Part shown: one piece after another, positions 30,024 through 39,182 of the stretch | How the letters are laid out: the number at the start of each line of letters is the position of its first letter | Position numbering within the stretch: the first letter of the stretch is position 1 | NCBI GenBank assembly: GCA_965226495.1 | Contig: OZ245365.1 | Coordinates: 32,001 to 96,000 of the forward strand | Origin: Candidatus Marinacidobacterales bacterium | GTDB taxonomy: Bacteria; Acidobacteriota; Vicinamibacteria; Marinacidobacterales; DATDRI01 | Direction of reading: 5' to 3' | Length of the DNA stretch: 64,000 nucleotides | Made by a program: the position numbers and the translations under genes | The notes under the pieces: model-generated | What the model was told of the DNA's origin: nothing | Seen by the model: only the letters and a program-made list of their open reading frames with translations | Database searches by the model: none

Positions 30024-30058
30024 AGTTCGGGGGAGCGTTTCTTCTCTGCTCTGGGTCA

Positions 30059-30802
30059 TTGATCCGGCAGCAACTTCGCGTTCTTCCTGGTGACAGGAGT
30101 CACTCCACCTCAAACAAACCGTGGGATTTGGTGCCGCCTAGCAAGGATCGATCGACAGAGACATTGGTCTCTGAGCTTGCCGACCGGGCACTCATCGACC
30201 GGTGCGTGGCTCGACGGTCCGTTGTCGAGAAGGAGGCGGCCTGGGAGGAGATCGTCCGCCGCTACCGCCGAAAGGTGTTTGGGATCGCCTACAAGTTCAC
30301 CGGCCGGTACGAAGAGTCCGAGGACCTGTCTCAAGAGATTTTTTTTCGCGTCTTCCGATCTCTCGATCGATTCGACCGCGGCGCCGATTTCGGCACCTGG
30401 CTGTACTCGGTTAGCCGGAATCACTGTATCGATCACTATCGGAGCGGCCGCCGGGAGCGCGAGGCGCTGGTCGATCGAGAGATCAGGATGGAGGATATGG
30501 TTTCTAGTCGATTCGATCCGCATCGATCGCTGGAGGCGTTGGACCATAAACAGTTGCTGTCGCGCGCCCTCGAGGAGCTACCCGCTAAGCTCCGTGAGGC
30601 GGTGGTGTTGAGAGACATTCATGGTCTAACCTATCAGGAGATCGTGGACCGTCTCGGGCTGCCGGAGGGCACGGTGAAGAGCCGAATTAATAGAGGCCGT
30701 TTGGAGCTGGGGCGGGTACTGTTGGCTGCGAACGGCAACGATTTATCGAAGGGAGCTGCCACCGAAAAGGCAGGCAAACATACCTATGAATCTCCAAATT
30801 GA
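30059..30802 (+). CDS. ECF sigma-70 factor (start uncertain)
   Basis: SEDLSQEIFFRVFRSL, FGTWLY.V.RN.CID, LTYQEI...LGLPEGTVKSRINRGR. Confidence 0.93.
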   Translation: MIRQQLRVLPGDRSHSTSNKPWDLVPPSKDRSTETLVSELADRALIDRCVARRSVVEKEAAWEEIVRRYRRKVFGIAYKFTGRYEESEDLSQEIFFRVFRSLDRFDRGADFGTWLYSVSRNHCIDHYRSGRREREALVDREIRMEDMVSSRFDPHRSLEALDHKQLLSRALEELPAKLREAVVLRDIHGLTYQEIVDRLGLPEGTVKSRINRGRLELGRVLLAANGNDLSKGAATEKAGKHTYESPN

Positions 30803-31121
30803 ATCATCGGGCGAAGTAAAAATAGTTCGCATCAAGGAAGCCAAGCTGGTCTATCCCAAATTGACTGATTTTTTTGGGGAAGTCTCCGGGCTCATGGAGT
30901 CCGGTACTCGGAAGCTTATTATCGATCTATCGGATGTAAGCTACATCGACAGTGCTTCCATCGGCTGTCTCATGGATATATATCGACTGATGTCGGAGCG
31001 CTCCGGTTCGCTGAAGTTGGTAGGGTTACAGGAGCGAGTGGAGACGATGGTCAGTTTGACGGGACTCCATAATCTGGTAGACGTTTACCGTGAAGAAAAA
31101 ACAGCTCTGGACAGCTTCTGA
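30786..31121 (+). CDS. STAS-domain anti-sigma-factor antagonist
   Basis: LIIDLSDVSYIDSASIGCL with the conserved phospho-acceptor Ser. Confidence 0.9.
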   Translation: MNLQIESSGEVKIVRIKEAKLVYPKLTDFFGEVSGLMESGTRKLIIDLSDVSYIDSASIGCLMDIYRLMSERSGSLKLVGLQERVETMVSLTGLHNLVDVYREEKTALDSF

Positions 31122-31124
31122 GGG

Positions 31125-31517
31125 ATGCCCGACATGAAGAGAACCAAGATTAGTCAGGTCGGCGCCGCCGAGCTCAGGAAAATAAAGATGCTAACTGGCC
31201 ATGAGATTCCTCTCGATGGGGATCTTCTGTACGTTTTGGAATCACTGTATCGGGAGGTCACCCTGAAACAGGAGCTCAAGGCGACCTTCGAGGACGTGAT
31301 GCAAGAGATCAACCACCTCGTGGAGGAGATGGACGAGGTTTCAAGAAAGCGCTATCTAGTCGAGAGTCTTTTCTTGAACACCGTGACTTATGAAAACGAA
31401 AGGCTGGGCGCGTATATGAAGACGCTGACCGGAGGGGCGGAGGAGGCTAAGGCGATCGACTCGGGTCAAACTGGCCAAACAGACAAGGCCGGTGAGCCGG
31501 AGAGTGAAGATTCTTAG
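31125..31517 (+). CDS. hypothetical helical protein
   Basis: Tightly coupled downstream of the STAS gene; natural composition. Confidence 0.75.
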   Translation: MPDMKRTKISQVGAAELRKIKMLTGHEIPLDGDLLYVLESLYREVTLKQELKATFEDVMQEINHLVEEMDEVSRKRYLVESLFLNTVTYENERLGAYMKTLTGGAEEAKAIDSGQTGQTDKAGEPESEDS

Positions 31518-31548
31518 CGTGAACAAAACGAACAACGAAGGAGAAACG

Positions 31549-31986
31549 ATGAAGAGACTAGCCGGCACGTTGTTAATGCTAGCTTGGATTGGTCTTCCGA
31601 CGATGACCGCGATGGGTCATCAGAGCAAGAGTGCGACCAAGCCGGTGAAGGGGCCGGCAATCGAAGTGACGCCAGAGTTACACGACTTCGGTAAAGTCGA
31701 GCAAAACCTTACCCTCGATACGGAGTTCGAGATCCGTAACATTGGTACGGTGGAAGTGAACATCGGACGTATCTCGACTTCTTGCGGTTGCACGGCGGCA
31801 CTCACTGCCGATCAATTGGTGAAGCCCGGCGAGTCGACGACTCTCAAGGTGACGCTGGAGACGAGGCGTTACAAGGGGCGCATTACGCGCAGCGTCTCCA
31901 TCGCGTCGGACGCCGTGAATAAAATCTCGACCGTCAAGGTAACGGCGTTCGTGCTCGAAACGACTGAGGAATTACCGCCGAGATAG
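31549..31986 (+). CDS. exported DUF1573 (Ig-like) protein
   Basis: Signal peptide; HDFG, F...N.G, STSCGCTAA, VKPGES; SD AAGGAG. Confidence 0.85.
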   Translation: MKRLAGTLLMLAWIGLPTMTAMGHQSKSATKPVKGPAIEVTPELHDFGKVEQNLTLDTEFEIRNIGTVEVNIGRISTSCGCTAALTADQLVKPGESTTLKVTLETRRYKGRITRSVSIASDAVNKISTVKVTAFVLETTEELPPR

Positions 31987-32007
31987 GTTTCCCTAGAAAG
32001 GGGAACC

Positions 32008-32130
32008 CCGTCGCCCATATGGTCGCCAGAATACGGGAGTGCCGGTTACCAGAGGTGGCCAGGCGGTTCCGTCGCCCGTGCCAGCCGCCAAAATACGGGG
32101 TGCCGGTCACCAAACGTGGCCAGGCGGCGG
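32008..32130 (+). repeat. two degenerate ~61-bp tandem units (module B of the dispersed family)
   Basis: CGCCAGAATACGGGAGTGCCGGTTACCAGAGGTGGCCAGGCGG and CGCCAAAATACGGGGTGCCGGTCACCAAACGTGGCCAGGCGG. Confidence 0.8.
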
Positions 32131-32145
32131 TAGGGAAGGGTTCTT

Positions 32146-33054
32146 CTAGGAGACGGGCTCGGTGACCGGAGTCTTGGCCGCGGTGACCGCCACGGTGACT
32201 GGCTCCGGGTAGCTCACTTGCTCCCAGCAATCCGGCGACTCGATGATCTGGCGCACCAACTGCGTGTGGAGACAGTGCCCGGCGCGAACCGCGACCACGT
32301 GAGCGAGCAATGGGCGGCCCAGTAACGACAGGTCCCCTAAGATATCGAGGATCTTGTGCCGGACGAACTCGTCGGGGAAGCGAAGCGGGTTGTTGAGCAC
32401 TCCGGCCTCACCGAGAACGACCGCGTTATCCAAGGACCCACCAAGCGCTAATCCCGCCTGCCGAAGTTGTTCCACATCTTTGAGAAACCCAAAGGTGCGG
32501 GCCGGGGCGAGCTCTTCGACGAACGAATCCTCGTCGATCTCGAGCGAGTGCTGTTGATGTCGTAGCAAAGGATGGTCGAAGTTGATCGTGTAGCTCACTC
32601 GCAGTGAATCGGCTGGATAAGCGGCGACCTGCCGACCTTCTGATTCCACGGCTATCGGACGGGTGAGCTTCAAATAGGAACGCTCTTTCGGTAAGCTCCG
32701 AAACCCCGCTTCGTGGATCAAATAGATGAAGGGCGCGGCACTGCCATCCATAATGGGAACCTCGGGGGCATCGAGCTCGACGATGGCGTTGTCTACACCC
32801 AGCGTCGCGAGTGCCGCAAGGAGGTGCTCGACCGTCTCTACTCGTACTTCACCCTTGGAAAGGCAGGTTGCGTAATTGAGCCGGGCAAGATGTTCCGATG
32901 TCGCGGGGATCTCGAAGTGATTGCGGTCCATTCTTCTAAAAATGATCCCCGTGTCCGCCGCCGCAGGTTTTAGGGTTAGCCTGACCTTGCGACCCGAGTG
33001 GAGGCCTATCCCGACACAGCCACTTTCACGTTTTAGAGTTCTTTGAAAATGCAT
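32146..33054 (-). CDS. lpxC: UDP-3-O-acyl-GlcNAc deacetylase
   Basis: QRTL, GIGLHSG, TVEHLLAAL, EVPIMDGSA, ARTFGF, GGSLDNA, RHKILD.LGDL. Confidence 0.97.
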   Translation of the reverse strand: MHFQRTLKRESGCVGIGLHSGRKVRLTLKPAAADTGIIFRRMDRNHFEIPATSEHLARLNYATCLSKGEVRVETVEHLLAALATLGVDNAIVELDAPEVPIMDGSAAPFIYLIHEAGFRSLPKERSYLKLTRPIAVESEGRQVAAYPADSLRVSYTINFDHPLLRHQQHSLEIDEDSFVEELAPARTFGFLKDVEQLRQAGLALGGSLDNAVVLGEAGVLNNPLRFPDEFVRHKILDILGDLSLLGRPLLAHVVAVRAGHCLHTQLVRQIIESPDCWEQVSYPEPVTVAVTAAKTPVTEPVS

Positions 33055-33096
33055 GAGACCTCGAAACCCCTCTATATAATAGGCAGCCAAACAACC

Positions 33097-33112
33097 AGCA
33101 AGCATTGTGCCA
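33097..33112 (-). promoter_or_regulatory. sigma54 (-24/-12) promoter of lpxC
   Basis: Minus strand TGGCAC-AATGC-TTGCT, consensus with exact spacing, about 43 bp upstream of the ATG. Confidence 0.8.
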
Positions 33113-33192
33113 GGAAAGCCGTGGCGGGCTCGCTCAGTAAACCTATGATGGTAAACGGATTGGGCCTGCACCCCGACAAGCGCCAGGCGGGC

Positions 33193-33243
33193 TGTGTCAC
33201 GATTGCCACAGTAACTTCTGCCCATTGTCTCATATCTGCAACA
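33193..33243. promoter_or_regulatory. two candidate upstream activator sequences
   Basis: TGTGTCA-N4-TGCCACA (33193-33210) and TGTCTCA-N4-TGCAACA (33226-33243), 33 bp apart. Confidence 0.6.
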
Positions 33244-33312
33244 GGCGTCTGGCCAGGTCCCAGCTACGACTCCCCGTTGAATGACGCTCGAGTGGTCAGG
33301 CATTGGTAACTC

Positions 33313-33321
33313 TGCTAAAAT
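33313..33321 (+). promoter_or_regulatory. extended -10 element for the SDR gene
   Basis: TGCTAAAAT 34 bp upstream of the start. Confidence 0.5.
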
Positions 33322-33354
33322 GCTCGCGTCTCCACGAACAAGGATCAGATCCGG

Positions 33355-34098
33355 TTGAGAGTCGCGGGTAGGGTTGCGCTCGTCACGGGCGCTGCGGGCG
33401 GGATCGGGCAAGCGGCGGCCAGCATTCTTGCCGAAGAGGGGGCGCGGCTCGCGCTCAACGACCTGCCGGGAGCAGAACTCGGGGCTCTCACCGCAGAGCT
33501 CGAGAAAAAAGGCCATGCTTTTTCCGTGCATCAGGCCGATGTGACCGACGGTCGAGCGGTCGAAAAGATGTTCTCCGAGGTCATCGCTCGATGGGAAGGG
33601 CTGGACATCGTACTGGCCAATGCTGGCATCAATCGAGATGCCTTCGTCGAAAAACTCGACGAAGAGGAGTGGGACCGAGTCCTAGACGTGAACTTGAAAG
33701 GCTGCTTCCTCACGTGCCGAGCCGCTTTCCAGGCGATGTCGTCCCGGGGCGGCGGGACGATCGTCGCGACTTCTTCCGTCTCTGCTCTCGGCAACATCGG
33801 CCAGAGCAACTATGCCGCGTCCAAGGCGGGGATTTTGGGGCTGGTTCGGTCACTAGCCCTCGAAGGCGCTCACGTCGGAATCCGTGTGAACGCGGTGGCC
33901 CCCGGATTTACCGACACCTCGATGGTAAGATCGATCCCCGAGAGAGTCCGGGACAAGTTGCTCGCTCGCGTGCCGCTTGGTCGGATGGCGCGCCCGGACG
34001 AGATCGGCCAAGCGATGCTCTTCCTCGCTAGTCCGGAATCGAGTTACATTACAGGACAAGTGATTTTTGTGGACGGCGGCGCAAGCGTGGGGTTTTAG
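33355..34098 (+). CDS. fabG: SDR family oxidoreductase, 3-oxoacyl-ACP reductase-like
   Basis: TGAAGGIG, NAGI, GNIGQSNYAASK, VNAVAPGF, YITGQVI.VDGG. Confidence 0.75.
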   Translation: MRVAGRVALVTGAAGGIGQAAASILAEEGARLALNDLPGAELGALTAELEKKGHAFSVHQADVTDGRAVEKMFSEVIARWEGLDIVLANAGINRDAFVEKLDEEEWDRVLDVNLKGCFLTCRAAFQAMSSRGGGTIVATSSVSALGNIGQSNYAASKAGILGLVRSLALEGAHVGIRVNAVAPGFTDTSMVRSIPERVRDKLLARVPLGRMARPDEIGQAMLFLASPESSYITGQVIFVDGGASVGF

Positions 34099-34112
34099 CG
34101 GAGAACGACGGA

Positions 34113-34631
34113 ATGGAATTCGGCGCCTACCTGCAGAAGGGGATTCAGATCCTCCAGTTGGACACGAATACCATTCGTGACGTCTACCGAGACGAGGATG
34201 CTTTGCTGCCCGCGATCCTTTTCGTTGCGCTGGCCGGTTTGGCGAGCGGCGTGGGGCAGTTCAGTTTTCGCAGCATGGTCTTCGGGATCTTGCTGATGAC
34301 GCTCGTCTCCTTCGTCGTTGTGGGGCTCTTGCATGTGCTGGCCCGTCTCTTCGGCGGGACGGCATCCTTCCTGGAGCTCTACCGGCCGCTCGGCGCTGCA
34401 GCATCGGTTCACTGGGTGTTGGCCGTGCCTTTCCTCGGTCCCGTTCTCGGTTTCCTGGCCGCGCTCTACTCGCTGGTGGTGGCGGTGATCGTGGTCGAGA
34501 CCGCCGGCGAATTACCTCGATCGAAATCGCTGGTGGTGGTGGCTCTATTCTTCGCCTTGACCCTCTTCTTGTATTTGGTCTTCTTCGCGGTGATCGGGTC
34601 CTTGGCGCTCCTGAGATGGTTCGCCTCGTGA
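34113..34631 (+). CDS. YIP1-like membrane protein
   Basis: About 5 TM helices; ARLFGG..SF..L.R motif. Confidence 0.7.
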   Translation: MEFGAYLQKGIQILQLDTNTIRDVYRDEDALLPAILFVALAGLASGVGQFSFRSMVFGILLMTLVSFVVVGLLHVLARLFGGTASFLELYRPLGAAASVHWVLAVPFLGPVLGFLAALYSLVVAVIVVETAGELPRSKSLVVVALFFALTLFLYLVFFAVIGSLALLRWFAS

Positions 34632-34635
34632 TGGC

Positions 34636-35787
34636 TCAGGGAAGGAACTTGCTTACCCGCTTCAGCTTCTGCGGGAGATACTCCTCTAGCACGTAGTTCA
34701 ATCCCCACTTCGCTAGAGCTTGTTGCTCGGCGCGCACACCCATCTTTAGTAGCTGGGTGATGGCCGCTGACCAGGCCGGCTGGCTCTTGAAGAAGGGGTC
34801 GTTCTTGAGGGCGTCCTTAGCGCGTTTGATGTCGACCTCTTTGAGGGGGTGGGTCGGGAGCTTGTAGTCCCGAATATCCTGAGGCGTCACTCCTAGGTAG
34901 CGGGCGCTGGGGACACAGAAAAATTGATTGATGTGGGCGGCGTTTCCGGAGCCTACCTTGAGCGTTCGGTAGATGTTTGAGATCCCGTAAGGATCGCAAT
35001 CGACGAAGGCGTACACTGGAATCTTCGCTTCTTCGGAAAGTTTGCGGATGAAACGGCGGGTGGCACGCGTCGGCACCCCTCCCATCGAGACCAGAATACA
35101 TTTGGCCTTCTGCCAGAACTTGTGGCTCTGCAGTCTTTGAAACATGCCGCCCGTCTCGATGGCGAGGACGAACTTGGCGTTGGTCTCGAACGATAGATGT
35201 TCCACCGAGCTCGGGATCGAGTAGGCGCCGGAGCCGAAACGCGTGCAATCGATCCGCTCCACCGCACCGGTCTCGATATCGGGGTCGTAGACGATGAGCT
35301 GACCGGCGACCGCGCCGCCATGCTCGTCAGGAGTGAACCGCAGCTGCTCCCGACTCACCTTGTACATTGAGAACATCGCCTCGATGTCGTCCATGACCGT
35401 ATCGGACTCGGTTTGCTCCTGGAATCCGGCGTCGCCCCAATTCTTGGACTGGTAGTAGGCGTCTCGTTTGGTGGCGAAGTCGTTGGATTCGATGAGATCC
35501 TTGGAGAGCGACATCATCCGGAGCGTTTGAGCAAAGGTCTTCACCGTGGACACCGTGAGCGTTCGCACCTTCTTCTGCTTTCCGATTTCGAGATAGCCAC
35601 TCTTTTTCGAATAGCTGACGTTAGAGAGCGACCGAACGGGAAACTTCAAATCGGGTTTGCCGCGCTTTAGGATCTTCCTATTGGTCTCTTCAGCGGTTCG
35701 GGTGATGAGCTTGAGCGTGTTCTGATCGAGCCGTTTGTTCTTCCGCTTGACCTCGGCGACGTAGCGTTTGGCCTGGGTGGCTCTCAT
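34636..35787 (-). CDS. top6A: DNA topoisomerase VI subunit A (Spo11 family)
   Basis: TKRDAYY catalytic Tyr motif, [43 protein letters not shown]. Confidence 0.93.
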   Translation of the reverse strand: MRATQAKRYVAEVKRKNKRLDQNTLKLITRTAEETNRKILKRGKPDLKFPVRSLSNVSYSKKSGYLEIGKQKKVRTLTVSTVKTFAQTLRMMSLSKDLIESNDFATKRDAYYQSKNWGDAGFQEQTESDTVMDDIEAMFSMYKVSREQLRFTPDEHGGAVAGQLIVYDPDIETGAVERIDCTRFGSGAYSIPSSVEHLSFETNAKFVLAIETGGMFQRLQSHKFWQKAKCILVSMGGVPTRATRRFIRKLSEEAKIPVYAFVDCDPYGISNIYRTLKVGSGNAAHINQFFCVPSARYLGVTPQDIRDYKLPTHPLKEVDIKRAKDALKNDPFFKSQPAWSAAITQLLKMGVRAEQQALAKWGLNYVLEEYLPQKLKRVSKFLP

Positions 35788-37670
35788 ACCTTACGACTCC
35801 TCTCTAACGTGTCGGTGAGCACGTTCACGGTTTTGTCCCGTTGTTTGTCGGTCAAAGAGAGTATGTCCTGCAGTGCAACCCCGATCTGTGGGATGTACTT
35901 TTGAATGTACGCCAGCTTCTTGGTCTCTGCCGCTTCTCGTTTCCGCCGCCGGATGTGAGCACCCAGCTTCCTTCCCACCTCCTGTAGACCCAGGCGTAGC
36001 TCTTTGAGTATCTCCGGGTAATGCGCGATCGCCTCTTTACTCTCCGAGGTAAAGGGCACCCAGACCGAGGCGATGTGAACGAACAAAACCATGGGGCCGG
36101 TCGGTCCCGCACTGCGGGATTGTTGGAGTCCGTAGTTTCTCCAATCGGTACCGATGACCGCCTTGTTGATGGCGCAAGCCGAGGCCTGGTATTGGAGAGG
36201 GACACGATTGGCAACCCTAAAGACATCGGCCAGCTCTTCCGCTGCCAAAGAGCCTCCGTATGCCACCCCGATCTCGACCTGAAAGGGATTGCCGCGGTAG
36301 ACGTTCGGCGAGCGAGTGCTCGCCTCGTAGAAATCGGCCTCGATCCGTTTCTTGAGGCCGGACACGATGGCCTCCTCACCGATGGGGGCTAGGCAGTTGG
36401 TGGGAGGGGCCATGATCTTCACTTCCGGGATGGCGCGAAAGACCTTCTCGGCGTCCACCCTAGAGAGATTCTTCGGGCGGTTCTCCGGCCGAAGTCCCGC
36501 TTTTTCGATGATCTGGTTGGCCACTTTGGAGGAGACTCGGGAAAAGTCGTCCATGAGCGCTCCTTTGAGGGAGCGTGAGCGCGTTTCTTTGAGCATCTTT
36601 ATCAACACGCCCAGTTCGACCCCGTTAGGGTGGGGCTTGATAGCGACCGTTTCCCGCGGATGCTCTTTGGTGGCACGCTCGTAAACCACGGCCTCCCGGC
36701 TGGGGGCCGTGTATTTGATCGAAGCGTGCGGATTGGCTATGGCCGTTTGTTCGATGTAGTCGTCGACTGAGCGGCGGCCTCTCTTGTAGGTGCCCTCGAG
36801 CTCGATCTCGACTCGCGTTCCGTGATCGAGATGCCAGCTCGAGAGCTTATCGTCCTTGACGACCTCGGGTTGATTAGTCCGGGTGTCGATATGCATCTCA
36901 TAGTAGTGAGCCGGCCTACTCTTGCCAGTTCGCGACCAGATCCGAACGGGTTTTCCAGTCGTGAGTTGGCCATACATGGAAGCTGCTGAGATGCCGATAC
37001 CTTGCTGACCGCGGCTTTGCTTCAAAGTGTGAAACTTGGAACCGTAGAGCAGCTTGGCGAAGATCTTCGGGATTTGAGCCCTGACGATGCCAGGGCCATT
37101 GTCCTGAACGGCGATCCGAAACCGATCTTCGGCCAGAGTCTCTATGGTCACCTCGAGATCGGGAAGGATGCCGGCTTCTTCGCATGCGTCGAGGGAGTTG
37201 TCCACTGCTTCTTTGACGGTGGTCAGCAACGCCTTTTGAGGATTATCGAACCCCAGGAGGTGGCGGTTCCGAGTGAAGAACTCGGATACCGAGATCTCGC
37301 GCTGCTTGGTGGCGAGAGTTTCCGCGGAAACCCGCGGTGGCGTTTTGGGTTCTGCCGGTTTCGTCGGTTGCCCAGTTGTTGGCTCCGCAGTCTCATCGAC
37401 ATTTTTCGGCGAGGTTACGAGCTTCAGCGACGATTGTTTTCTTCTCTCTGTTGCAGTAAGCGGCAGTTCGATCTGTTTCGACTTGCCTTTGACGACCCGC
37501 AACGAGCGCTTGGAAGCAGTCCCTTTCTTTTTCTTGGGCTTTGATCTCTTTCGCGCCTTCGGGCTCTCTTTACGCTTTGGCTTGTGCACTCCCAATAGCC
37601 TCCTTTGGGATTTCACTTCGCGGGGCAACGACTCGCGACCCTCGAGTAATCGTGAATGTGAAAGAGTCAT
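35784..37670 (-). CDS. top6B: DNA topoisomerase VI subunit B (GHKL ATPase) with a basic N-terminal extension
   Basis: [72 protein letters not shown]; ATGA overlap with top6A. Confidence 0.95.
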   Translation of the reverse strand: MTLSHSRLLEGRESLPREVKSQRRLLGVHKPKRKESPKARKRSKPKKKKGTASKRSLRVVKGKSKQIELPLTATERRKQSSLKLVTSPKNVDETAEPTTGQPTKPAEPKTPPRVSAETLATKQREISVSEFFTRNRHLLGFDNPQKALLTTVKEAVDNSLDACEEAGILPDLEVTIETLAEDRFRIAVQDNGPGIVRAQIPKIFAKLLYGSKFHTLKQSRGQQGIGISAASMYGQLTTGKPVRIWSRTGKSRPAHYYEMHIDTRTNQPEVVKDDKLSSWHLDHGTRVEIELEGTYKRGRRSVDDYIEQTAIANPHASIKYTAPSREAVVYERATKEHPRETVAIKPHPNGVELGVLIKMLKETRSRSLKGALMDDFSRVSSKVANQIIEKAGLRPENRPKNLSRVDAEKVFRAIPEVKIMAPPTNCLAPIGEEAIVSGLKKRIEADFYEASTRSPNVYRGNPFQVEIGVAYGGSLAAEELADVFRVANRVPLQYQASACAINKAVIGTDWRNYGLQQSRSAGPTGPMVLFVHIASVWVPFTSESKEAIAHYPEILKELRLGLQEVGRKLGAHIRRRKREAAETKKLAYIQKYIPQIGVALQDILSLTDKQRDKTVNVLTDTLERSRKV

Positions 37671-37737
37671 TATAGAGCAAAACCGCCACGCTCGACACCG
37701 TTTTGACCGGTCGTGAGTCCGTTGCTACTCTTGACCC

Positions 37738-39141
37738 ATGGCGAAGAAGTTTCTCGTGGTCGCGGTTGCGATCGTCGTCCTCGCCGTAGCCGTCGTGTTT
37801 TTCGTGGACTTCGAATCTCCCGAACTCGGGAATGCAGTTGTCGAGAAGGCAAGGGAGGCTACCGGGGCTAGACTTTCGGTTGAGAGGTTTCGTCTGAATC
37901 TGATCCGCGGGTTAGAGCTCGAAGGGGTCGAAGCGACCAGTTCCTTTCCGGGGACCCTCGTCGATGCTCGAATCGATGAATTGGTGCTGAGACACCGGCT
38001 GCTCCCGTTGTTGTCGGGACGGGTGGTGGTCGATCAGCTTCTTATTAGACGCCCCGAAGTAGTGCTCGTCGAACGGGATGCGAAAAACAAACAGAGCTCT
38101 GGCAAACGCGGCAAGCCGAAAACGAAATCCGAGGCCGAACCTTCGGGTGCAAACGGTGCGGATGGCCAGCCCCCTGCCAAGGAAGCCGAGGAGAGTTTCG
38201 GAGGGCTCGCTCTCGAGATCTCCGAGATTCGCATCGAGGATGGATCGATCCGGACTGGTTCGGTCGGGCCCTTTTCTATTGACGGGCTCGACCTTACGCT
38301 GCGGGATCTGTCTTTCAATCGACGGGCGATCTCGCTCCTTCACGCCATCACTGCAGTGGGGTCGCTCGGTCTGGGCGAACTCACGTTGAACGATACGGAA
38401 ATTCATGAAGTCCACGGTGAGCTCACGCTCGACCATGGACTTCTTGAAGGAAAGAACTTCACTTTCGTCACCGAGCAGGGTAGCTTCCATGCCCAACTGA
38501 GCGCGGATTTCAATCGAATCCCGTTCGGATACACGCTCTCGCTGCGCGGGGATCCGATCGACGTGAACGCCATCGCTCGAGCGAAAGAAGGGGGCTTCGG
38601 CGCCGGCCTCCTCGAGCTCGAGGCGGAGGGCTTCGGGACGGATTCGAAGGGCATCAAGGGTAAAGGTGTCTTACACCTCGGTAAAGGTGTCTTACACCTC
38701 GAAGAAGGGACGTTGCCTTCGACACCTGTCTTGGCGGGGTTGGAAAAGGCTTTGGGGCGTGGCACGGCGCTGGTTGGTTCTCGCTACCGCGCGACCGACG
38801 CACCGTTTCGCATCGAAAAAAATCAGGTGATACTCGAGCGATTCCGATTGGGGACTCCCCAGGCGGGGCTCGACCTCGAGGGAATAGTCCATCTCGACGG
38901 TCCCTTGGCTCTAGCGCTGGTACTGCGGACCCCTCGCGAAGGCCTCGTCATCAGAGAAGTTCCCGATGACGTGCTCGACGCCCTGACCGATGACGAGGGC
39001 TGGGTTGCTATCCCTTTCCGGATCACGGGAACTCGGGATGCACCCACGGTCCTGCTAGACGCAAAATCGCTATTGACCGGTAGCGGTACCCAGAAACTCA
39101 TCGAACGAGGAATCAAGGAGTTGCTCGATAAAAAGTTCTAG
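37738..39141 (+). CDS. AsmA family protein
   Basis: N-terminal TM anchor, L.PLL.GRVVVD.L.I.RPEV motif, beta-rich body, IPF.I.GT...P.V C-terminal motif. Confidence 0.8.
   Translation: MAKKFLVVAVAIVVLAVAVVFFVDFESPELGNAVVEKAREATGARLSVERFRLNLIRGLELEGVEATSSFPGTLVDARIDELVLRHRLLPLLSGRVVVDQLLIRRPEVVLVERDAKNKQSSGKRGKPKTKSEAEPSGANGADGQPPAKEAEESFGGLALEISEIRIEDGSIRTGSVGPFSIDGLDLTLRDLSFNRRAISLLHAITAVGSLGLGELTLNDTEIHEVHGELTLDHGLLEGKNFTFVTEQGSFHAQLSADFNRIPFGYTLSLRGDPIDVNAIARAKEGGFGAGLLELEAEGFGTDSKGIKGKGVLHLGKGVLHLEEGTLPSTPVLAGLEKALGRGTALVGSRYRATDAPFRIEKNQVILERFRLGTPQAGLDLEGIVHLDGPLALALVLRTPREGLVIREVPDDVLDALTDDEGWVAIPFRITGTRDAPTVLLDAKSLLTGSGTQKLIERGIKELLDKKF
38659..38700 (+). repeat. perfect 21-bp in-frame tandem duplication
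   Basis: GGTAAAGGTGTCTTACACCTC x2 (GKGVLHL x2). Confidence 0.95.
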
Positions 39142-39182
39142 CCTTTCAGCTGCTCGAGTTAAGACCCGGGTTGGGAACGGTA

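Noticed and set aside
33055-33531. N-terminal extension of LpxC in the ORF track
   Set aside because: Spans the promoter region and the antisense of the SDR gene; LpxC homology starts at 33054
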